Shown piece by piece: positions 54,132 to 64,000 of a DNA stretch of 64,000 bases. Source of the stretch: Octopus vulgaris (taxonomy: Eukaryota); NCBI GenBank assembly GCA_951406725.2, contig OX597836.1:27776001-27840000 (forward strand), written 5' to 3'. The translations under genes and the position numbers were made by a program. The notes below the pieces were generated by a model. It worked only from the letters and a program-made list of their open reading frames with translations. It had not been told where the DNA came from and did not search any database. How positions within the stretch are numbered: the stretch's first letter is position 1; each line of letters begins with the position of its first letter.

Positions 54132-55767
54132 CTACATGATTATTTTTCAAATGACATAAGGTAGGAGTCAGGGGCCAGATTGAACATAAAGTAGAATATT
54201 TGAGCCGAATATGACCAGTGTAAAATGTCTAAGAGTTAAGCCTTTCATCCACATCATTGGCAGATGAACCTAAATTCTTCCACTAAATTTCGTCTCTCTC
54301 CAAAAGAGAATTCCTGACAGTACAAACACTACATGATTACTACACCTGCTAGATAGTCAATTCTCTCTTAAATCTCACCTCAATGTCTTAAAAAAGGGAT
54401 ATAATTAATTTATGTAAATTTTCCTGATATCATGACAAAGCACTATTAATCAGTGAATTCAATTAGACATGCTGGGAAGTATAATGATGTCTATTGTTTG
54501 AGGTGGATTATATCGCAAAAGGGAAGAATACATTGGATAATGGGGTCCATTATATGATGAAGTAAGCATGGATGATCACATTTGGAAAGGTTTTTCAACA
54601 TAGGTCTACTGAATGACGGCTGACCTAAAGCAAAACGATGCCAAACAAACCGTTCCAGTTACGCCCCTTGTATTCCTTCGAAAACATCCGCTGTTCTCAA
54701 TGACAGCCAGCAAAACAACATTGTCTTTTCTTTACTTTTGGAATTTTTTGATTAAGAAGTAATGGTGGTGTCAATAACCCTTTAATGGAGCCTCCGTGAA
54801 GGGTGGGGAAGGAAGGATAGAGCTATATTAAAAGATTACCCTCAGCTTGATTGCTTGAATCATTCCGATAAAGGTACCTCCAAAACATCACGTAGTGGAC
54901 TTGTTTATTAACTGGGAGCGAGATTAACCCCCCAAACCAAAAATTATTCATTAATTATTGTTATAAAGATATAACATCGGACATTTAACGTCTTTATATT
55001 TTCTCTCTAGTTTTCGAAAATAATATTTTTATCGTGAAGTATATTAAGTCTAATGAAGCACCGAGCGGTGAAACAGAACTATGATAAAAGACCTCCCACC
55101 TGTGACCATCCTGCTTTTAACTTCTTTTTTTTTTCTTTTTCTTCAGATAAAACATATCCAAGAGTACATTAACCCATGGGTCCTTTCATTTTCTTTTTTA
55201 AGAAAGTAGGAATGATCTCAAGATAATCTGACTGTTGTTTCTAGCAAATTAAGTTACCACATAAGAGAGGCTCTTATGTCGCTCACTCCGGATACGATCG
55301 CGACATTATTGCTATTGTTTATTTCAACCCCGGATTAAGCAGACCGACCATCAAAAACCGTTCCACCTAGGAGAACACCTTGATTTCAAGCACAGCGTGC
55401 ACCTAACACTGCATTAAATCCTGTTCCCAGTATTACAGAAGTGGTAAGAGAAGAAATTTGTGAAGAAACCGGATTGTCACGTAGAAGCCACATAATTAAC
55501 TCAAAAGTATATTTAATTTTATAATACAGATTTCGTTTGTGAATAGGAATTACGAAATTAATACTTTCTGTAAAATTTAGATCAACGATGATTTCGTTTC
55601 AAAGGCAATCCTTAAATGTTTGTTTACATCGCAACAGCCGTAGTTAGTTCGGCTATCTTTTAAAATAAAACGATAAAACATTCTTCTTTATAGATTCCCA
55701 AAGTTTTGTTACTCTAAAGCATGTCAATGTTTACTTTTGTTTCTATGTGGACGTATGAAATATTGAT

Positions 55768-55818
<51 letters not shown>

Positions 55819-56382
55819 CTGTTGATTCACCATAAGCCATATAACCATTCAGTTATATTGCATTATATATATATATATAATATATATATATGCTCTTGAG
55901 TGGACAAACGAAATAAAGTGGCATTCAAAACAATTGGTAAGAGTTACATATATAATTTAATAACAGTTTGACTCGACTCAAGCTCCTTAAGGTTTCGTAG
56001 GGTTGTACAACGAACCCTTCCAGTCAGGCGTGTTCCTCCAGGTGCCTGACGAGATAAGTTGGTTCTACGAACCCACGATACTTTAAGTTGCATGGAAAAG
56101 AAATGAAACAGTTATAAAATCATATATATACATACATATATATATAGATAGGTATATATGTCGAAAATGGGGAAGGCTGGTTTACGGGATTACCGTAGGT
56201 ACGTATGTGAAGAAGCGTGCCTATAACTGTGTGGTTGAGAAAAACCTAAGGCAATTCCATAAACCGGCCTTCCCCATTTTTAATATATATTGCACTACGT
56301 CTTAGAACGTGCTTCTTCTTCTTTCGGATTTATGTTTTTTTTTTACAAACGATACATAATTATATATATATAATTATGTATC

Positions 56383-56433
<51 letters not shown>

Positions 56434-57599
56434 TATATGTTGGGGTAGATGCATTAGGTATGTGTTAGGAAGAGAGAAAAATGTGTCACTGCCGAAAGAA
56501 GACACTGCACACATGTGGGTTAACTGGTCAACACAATCAATTTGTGCAGCAAAAACATTCGATCTGTGGCCAGGCTGTGTAGACTGGTGTATAAACTTAT
56601 GATTACACGGGGTGGAGTGGAGAGATTACACGTTAATTAGAGTTACCTATGCAGAAGTAGTTGTGTCAGTTGTTAAATTAGTAACAGGCGATGGTTTACC
56701 TCTTTTAAGATACATGCACGTAGGAGAAATATGAGCCAGGCATTAAGTTTGCAGTCACTGAATTAAGGCTGTGACCTGTTTATACTCCATGTTTGATGAA
56801 TAACAAAATAGGAACCGGAAGTACAACATGGGAGATAACTATAGACGGTTTTTTACGAAGGGAGACAACACTAGATTTTAATCTGAAATTATGGATAACT
56901 TGGTTATGGGTAACGGTGAGCTGTAGCCCAGCAGGCTAAGGTGTCTTCTTTTGGATCTTTTAAATACAAGAGGCAAAGTTGCCGTATTTGAATAGTCGGA
57001 ATCCAAGACACCCGCAATGACAGTCAACACGAGCCATCGTGGCTCGGCACAACACACACTTTAGGCTTTTGGTGCTAAATATATGTGCATGAAGGTGGGG
57101 CAAAATTGGTAACTGGGGCAAAATCAGTAATTTCTGATTTCTTCTTATTTTCTTCCTACGTGTTTGAAACCACTGCATTGCAAATGTTACATAATAATTT
57201 TCTCCCCTTGCATCATCTTTGGGAGTAAAAATTGGTTAGCATAGTTGTTGTTGTTGTAGTTGAGAAAGTTTGAAATATAGGTGACAGGTACTTTTTGTTT
57301 TTTAATAAAACTTTCCTCAACTCTCTGACCCGATTGTAATTGAGGGTGCTAATAAAATATCTGCATATGTTCGGTGATTAACAATCAAAATTCTCTTCTC
57401 TGTTGGATTCCAAGTCAATTTTTCTCACACTAATGTCTAATTTGATCATTTTCAACTTATAAAACAAAAAGATGTCTTAAGTGGGGCAAAATGAGTAATG
57501 ATTAATGAGGGAACGGTTTTGTTATCTAGCCCTGTTTATGAGTGACCCCGCAGTTTATGACCGCAGGGCATCTTTTTTTCTCATAAATAACAGTTACAC

Positions 57600-57848
57600 A
57601 TTGATATGACACCGCCAGAGAATGTTACGGCAGAAATTGTATTCACCTCAATAGACGTCATTGATTGGTTGAAATTGCCGACATGCAAGAAATTAAACAA
57701 CAAATAGCTTACAAACTACTGAATTTTCTCAAGAAAGCCAAGAGAAAAAGAAGTTTTATGTAACACATTCTACCAGTATACGAAGTTTAAAAGTGTTTAG
57801 TTACAAAGAAATTATTTTTAAAATCTACCGGTCAAAGTGAAAAGATCC
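57600..57848 (-). mobile_element. partial inverted copy of the 28396-28813 MITE
   Basis: CACCTCAATAGACGTCATTG.TTGGTTGAAATTGC...TTCTACCAGTATACGAAGTTTAAAAGTGTTTAGTTAC...AAAAGATCC is the reverse complement of 28396-28620. Confidence 0.75.
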
Positions 57849-58635
57849 GAGATCACACAAACACACACACACAACACACAACACACACGCACACACACAA
57901 CGCACAACACACACGCACACACACACGCGCGCACAGACACATACATAGAGTTAATCGCGCAGGCACGCATACGTGTGTGAATACATGTGTACTTAGAATC
58001 ACCCCCGTTTCGCTGGCTAAACAAAATGCGTAAATACTCGATAGATACAGTGGAGTTCATTTATTAGTTCAGACCGTGTGTCTAACTTAGCGCGCGGCAG
58101 TCCCTTCTTATGACAACATTTAACGGTTGAGAAAATACGAACATAAACCAGAATAACAGAATAGAGAGAGAAACCAGAATAACAGATTTACATTACAAAT
58201 ACGAACGTCACACACAAGTGCTTCAAATATGTATATTATTTTATGCTTCTTTATAAGTAAAAAAACACATAATTATATGATATATATATACGGATATATG
58301 TTGATCCAGTGTAATTGTGTATCCAACAGTTTGGTCCTGTATCCGCATCGAACAGGAAATCCAGGTTCTGCAACGTGAAACAAATCTAGTGATAAAATAT
58401 TAGCACTTATCGCGTAATAAATATTTCAGCTCCAAAACCAGTTATCTCCCTTCGACTTATGTGTGCATGTATGCATGTATGCATGTATGCATGTATGTAT
58501 GTATGTATGTATGTAGGTAGGTATTATGTGTGCATGTATATAACATTACATCTGCCTATCTATCTATCTACTTATCTGTATCTGGCTAAGATCAAGATCT
58601 AATATCTACTCTAAACAGTTATATATATATAATTG

Positions 58636-58749
<114 letters not shown>

Positions 58750-59012
58750 CCCTCGTATTAAATGTATAAATACTTTAATAGTATTTATACTTTGATATAA
58801 TAGAGCACTCAATTTTGCTTTAGAAGCGTTGAGATATCTTAGAAAGTGAATTTTTAAATTCTCAAACGCAGGATAATGCTAATAATATAGCCTGAAAAGG
58901 ATAAGCTACTCCTATTTTGCAGAACAAATCGACCCCAGCACTTGTTCTTGGTAAGTCTAGTACTTGTTCTATCGGAGCCTTTTGCCGAACCGCTAAGTTA
59001 CAGGAACGTAAA

Positions 59013-59065
<53 letters not shown>

Positions 59066-59157
59066 GGAGTAAACACATAAATGTGAAACATGGTGGGAAA
59101 AAGAGTACTCAAATACCAGGAATTTGTACTGCTTTTAAATAAAGTATATATATAAAC

Positions 59158-59533
59158 ACTAGCAGTATCGCCCGGCGTTGCTCAGGTTTGTAAGGGAAAT
59201 AACTATAAAGCATTTTTAGAGAGTTATAGACAAAAAAATGGAAAAAAATTATGGTAAATTTTTTTTTGAGAGTAAAAAAGGTGGAGTTGCGTCCCCTAGA
59301 CAGTTTGCGGTTTGTGTTTCTGATTCTCGACCCCATGTCGAATTTATCGATTTTTTTCAGAACTGGGGGAACTTTTCAAAATTTTCGCTGCGTTAGTTTT
59401 GAATTATGACATTGAGCTATGTGTGTGTCAAGTTTCATCAGAATCGGTTAAAAGCCGTGGTCAGGGTGAGGGTACAAGCAAACAGACACACAGAAACACG
59501 CACAGACAAACTGCCGTTTATATATATAGAGAT
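59158..59533. mobile_element. Helitron/Helentron-associated (DINE-1-like) non-autonomous element
   Basis: Begins ACTAGCAGTATCGCCCGGCGTTGCTCAGG (terminal hairpin), has CAAGTTTCATCAGAATCGG and ACAGAC repeats, and ends TTTATATATATAGA. Confidence 0.65.
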
Positions 59534-59639
59534 ATATATATTATCATTGTTAATACTGTCATCATCATGAGTGCATGCATACAGACATATACACATACGT
59601 ACACGCATTCACAACACGAGTACCCACGCACACACACAT

Positions 59640-59917
59640 ATTCTTTTACTTGGTTCGATCATCTGACCGCGGCCATGCGGGAGCACCGCCTTGAAGGTTT
59701 TTTTTTTTTAGTCGAACAAATCTATCCCGTGACTTAGTTTTTAAGCCTAGTACTTATTGCATCGGGCTCTCTTCCCGAACCGTTAGATTAAGGGGATGTA
59801 AACACACAAACACCTCCTGTTGTCAAGCGGTGATGGGGCAGGGGGACAAACACAGACACAGGCACATAGATAGACACACACACATGCATGCACACACATG
59901 CATGCACACACATGCAT

Positions 59918-59990
<73 letters not shown>

Positions 59991-60152
59991 CGACAGGCTT
60001 CTTCCAGTTTCCGTACCAAATCCACTCACAAGGTTTTGGTCGAGCAGATGCTATAGCAGAAAACACTTGCTCAAGGTATCACACAGTGGGACTGAACCCG
60101 GAACCATGTGGTTGAGAAGCAAGCTTCTTACCACACAGCCACGCTGGCGCCT
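59640..60152 (-). mobile_element. major octopus-type tRNA SINE
   Basis: Consensus blocks with internal (CA)n/(TA)n. Confidence 0.8.
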
Positions 60153-60169
60153 ATAGAAATGCTGAAATA

Positions 60170-61130
60170 TTATTTCACGACTTCTCATTGCGATTCTCAA
60201 TAAAAGATTTCCCACCAGACTGGATTAGCCTAGAAAGTGGCATGATAATTGACACAGCCCTTTCCTCATTATCGCTTGTGCTGGCAATAGAGGTCATCTT
60301 GAATGTAGTGACGAGTGGTACATGTCTGTCTGACTTAAGTGGTGGATTCGGAATGCCCTTCCCCCAACTATATCTATGAGTATTTATGTATGACATAACT
60401 GTACTTTCCTCAAAAGAAAATGAGACTCGTGGGATACAGAAGTCACCACTTCTAGAATGAGTTTTAAACCTAAGAAGTCTTGGAGTTATTCAGTACGGAT
60501 GAAGAAAGAAGTGAATAAGATCTCGTTCACTGCAGCTAATAAACCCACTCCAGCAGTGGTCAAGAGTTTTCGTAGGTAGTATGACGTAAAGGGAAGAAAC
60601 GAAATTTTAAAAAAATGGTAGAGAAGTGCTTACAAGCAATGAACCTGGGTGGCCTGTCTGGAAAAGACAGAGTCTGGTGCCGGCAGTTAATGCTGACACC
60701 AAAACTTTTCTGGCCTTTGTTGTTATACGATACAGCATATGCACAATGGATTTGATGGAGGTCAAGATTAATAAATACCAGGAAACGAATTTATGTCCCT
60801 CAGAGTCTGGTGTCTGCAATTAATTCTGATAATGAGACTTCTCTGGCCTCTGTTGCTATATGATATCGGCATAATCACAATGGATATGAAGGAGGTTAAG
60901 ACCAAGAAGTGGTTTAGTATTCCACATGGCCTCATTGAGGTTGCTCTCGACTGTTACGAAGCGAAACTAAAGTTAGCCCTAAAGTCCATCGAAGAACAAG
61001 GCACTTTTGTTTGCTTTAGGATTCTGGATATAAGGCTGTGTGATCAACCCCAACCCAAACCGAGAACTGGCAGGAAAGGGAAGGTTCAGCAAGTGTCAGG
61101 TGTTGCAAAGGAGTGTCTTATGGAAACCGT
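60170..61130 (+). mobile_element. decayed R2-Hero-like non-LTR retrotransposon RT fragment
   Basis: WISLESGM...LVLAIEVIL, VFMYDIT (YADD-equivalent region), FKPKKS, RLLWPLLLYDI, KLKLALKSIEE and PRTGRK.K. Confidence 0.65.
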
Positions 61131-61131
61131 T

Positions 61132-61216
<85 letters not shown>

Positions 61217-61306
61217 TTGGAGGGCTTATATGCCCCTTTATTAGATTATTTTCATTAGTCATTGCACGGTGATCGACATAAGCTTTAAGCTTATATAAAA
61301 ATACCA

Positions 61307-61344
<38 letters not shown>

Positions 61345-61348
<4 letters not shown>

Positions 61349-61560
61349 ACGGGAAGCTTTATGAAAATAAACAAAAGACGAAGGCAGGTGGAAAACAAAC
61401 GAACAATTGTATTAGTATGGCGCTCAGGAAATATAAATAAAACAAGTCTTTAACGTTTCGAGCCTACGCTCTTCAACAGAAAGATACACAGAGAGAAAAA
61501 AAAACACAGAAAGAAGGAGAGAAAAAAAATGCGTGCAGTAGCTAACGAATCAACATGGCG
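61345..61560 (-). mobile_element. second copy of the (TA)n-embedded hammerhead-like element
   Basis: Near-identical to 18255-18460. Hammerhead-like core at 61448-61483. Confidence 0.7.
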
Positions 61561-61869
61561 ATATATATATATATATATATATATAATACCAGGATATATA
61601 TATATATACCAGGATATATATATGTATGTATGTATGTATAGCAAGTAAGCAGACAGTTACTCTCACTAAGATGGAACTATAAATACAAAATAGAAATATT
61701 AAAGTATGAATTACAGTATTGAATATCAAGTTTATTATTTTTACAGCCGAACAACAAGAGGAAAATTGCCTGCCAAAGAGAGCTCGCAAGATTCATTGAA
61801 GTACAGTGTGCACAACTAACTGAAATACAGCCGCCAACAAGCGTATTAGATGCACATTTGTACACTGCA

Positions 61870-62290
61870 ATCTCTATATATAAAACTGAGAATGTGTGTC
61901 TGTGTGTCTTTGCGAATCCCTAAAACTCGTGAATTACCCAACCGATTTGATTTTATTCAAATTTTACACATGCATTATTTAGGGTCCATGGAGTGTCATG
62001 GGCCAAAGACATTTTTAACTTCTTACCTAATGTGGGCCCAGGGGCGGATAAACCGCATTTTTTAAAGCGTTTTTGGTAACATTAAGGCCCGTAACTTGAA
62101 GAGTATCCGGTCGCTTTGTTCCAAATTTGCATCAACTATTAATCAGGCTTCTCGAATTGCTGTTGACTAAAAGAAAATTTCCGACGCCGACTATGGGTCA
62201 CTCCGCACAATACAGATTAATCAGATCTGAGTAGACTGCACTGGGTTCTATCTTTGTTTTAGGCCATTTTCCGACGCTAAAATATTGACA
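61870..62290. mobile_element. Helitron-like fragment
   Basis: Starts ATCTCTATATATAAAA followed by TGTGTGTCTGTGTGTC and CCAACCGATTT...CAAATTTTACAC. The end is undefined. Confidence 0.45.
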
Positions 62291-62429
62291 CTACTTATGC
62301 ATTATAAGTAGCGTATAATATTTCATGAAAACTATTTTGTCCAATTTGGCAGAGGAAATGAGAAGAACATTACAATTTTTGTCGGCGCCCTGTTGATGCT
62401 TCATGTTACCATCCTGCACACCACCGGAC

Positions 62430-62464
<35 letters not shown>

Positions 62465-62625
62465 ATGGGTAAAGGCACAACAAACCCATTCATCCATTCT
62501 CCAGAAGTGCCTTGTTGATGTTTCACGTTTCCAATCCCGAGCAACGCAGCATCGCCCGGCAGCATGTCTGCTTTCTATGTCACCCACGTCTGAACTATAT
62601 AATGCAAAAGGTTCATACAAAAAAG

Positions 62626-63011
62626 CCAGGAGTGGCTGTGTGGTAAGTAGCTTGCTAACCAACCACATGGTTCCGGGTTCAGTCCCACTGCGTGGCACCT
62701 TGGGCAAGTGTCTTCTGCTATAGCGCCGGCCCGACCAATGCCTTGTGAGTTGATTTGGTAGATGGAAACTGAAAGAAGCCTGTCGTATATATGTATATAT
62801 ATATATTTATATGTGTGTGTGTGTTTGTCCCCCTAGCATTGCTTGACAACCGATGCTGGTGTGTTTACGTCCCCGTCACTTAGCGGTTCGGCAAAAGAGA
62901 CCGATAGAATAAGTACTGGGCTTACAAAGAATAAGTCTCGGGGTCGATTTGCTCGACTAAAGGTGGTGCTCCAGCATGGCCGCAGTCAAATGACTGAAAC
63001 AAGTAAAAGAG
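62626..63011 (+). mobile_element. major octopus-type tRNA SINE
   Basis: Full head-to-tail consensus. Confidence 0.85.
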
Positions 63012-63132
63012 CTGTTGTGACTCACAGCCATTTGAGTTTGACCACGTGCCACTTCTGGAAGCTACGCTTGCCACCTGCAATTAGTCCCCTTCCCTGACCC
63101 CCCCCCCCCCCGTTTATTCGAACGAGTTAACA

Positions 63133-63623
63133 CAGGGTATCCCAGAATTAATCATGATTTGAGAGAAATCGGACGCATTTTTTTAAAGCTCACTTGTATT
63201 TATGTTTATCATGTTTAATATGTGTTAAAAGTGCATAAATTTTGAATTTTGTTTATAATTTTATTTTCATTCCTGTTGGACCCCTCTTATTTGTCCACGA
63301 CAGCTTTTTTTTTTTTTTTTCAATTTGGCTGCTATCATTTTCTTTACCTTCATCCCGAAGATGGAGCAATCGTTCAGCTGAGCTTAAAGAACACATTCAG
63401 TTAGCAATGCAGGAGCTAACTCCTGAAATGCTTCAAAATGTGCTTCACAACGCTAAGGAGAGATCTGAGGTATGCAGGGATACAGACATGTTGGAAAGTT
63501 TCAATAAAAGTTTGACGTAAGATTTATAAATCTATTTGTTTTGGTAATGAACATAAAATTCTGTCAGTTTTTTAAAATTTGCTCAATTTCATTGAAACGG
63601 ATAGTTAATTCTAGAACATCCTG
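63133..63623 (+). mobile_element. Tc1/mariner-type deletion derivative
   Basis: Imperfect TIRs CAGGGTATCCCAGAATTAA / TTAATTCTAGAACATCCTG(TA). Retains a transposase-like tail AELKEHIQLAMQELTPEMLQNV. Confidence 0.65.
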
Positions 63624-64000
63624 TATGGTGTAACATCGTTAGTTGATGCGTTGGTCGAGTAAATATTAAAATCAAAGGTCTTCTCTCCATAAATATCCCA
63701 TCTTTTTGTTAAGCATATTGTATCAAAGAGTATATTATCCCAAATGTATCTCCCCTTTATAGGCGTGGCTGTGTGGTTGAGAAGCTTCAATTCCAATCAT
63801 GTCACCTTGGGTTCAGTCCTACTGTGCGGCACATTGGGTAATTGTCTTTCATTATAGTTCCGTGCCAACCAAAATGTTGTGTATTATATAATTGCCATTA
63901 CACGTATTGATATGTAAAATAACACATACAGGATGAGATAATCTATATATCTAACACTTTGACTGTAGCTCAGAGAAAGAGTAAAAGCAATTACCCGACG

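Overview
Repeat-rich animal genomic DNA. The SINE families and microsatellite load point to a cephalopod, most likely Octopus (inference from family recognition). Nearly all ORFs in the supplied track are microsatellite artefacts. Two intron-containing genes face each other tail-to-tail. (1) On the + strand (~7.6-26.2 kb) is an atypical calpain-like gene. It has a degenerate end of the CysPc core with no recognisable His/Asn catalytic motifs, a ~580-aa Ser/charged low-complexity insert, a calpain domain III (CBSW/C2-like), no EF-hand domain, and a possible 13-nt terminal exon giving a CaaX-like end (CKLS*). (2) On the - strand (49275-40914) is a complete 4-coding-exon EBAG9/RCAS1 orthologue of 204 aa. 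The rest is tRNA-derived SINEs, decayed mariner/Tc1/maT transposons and MITEs (one with an 8-bp TSD), and LINE fragments (Tx1/L1-like, RTE, CR1-like, R2-Hero-like, Dong/R4-like). It also holds Helitron/Helentron-like elements, long inverted repeats, and a dispersed set of minimal hammerhead-ribozyme motifs of the type carried by Penelope-like elements, one with a fully intact core (41849-41920). All exon models were assembled by eye from splice signals and reading-frame continuity and have no transcript support.
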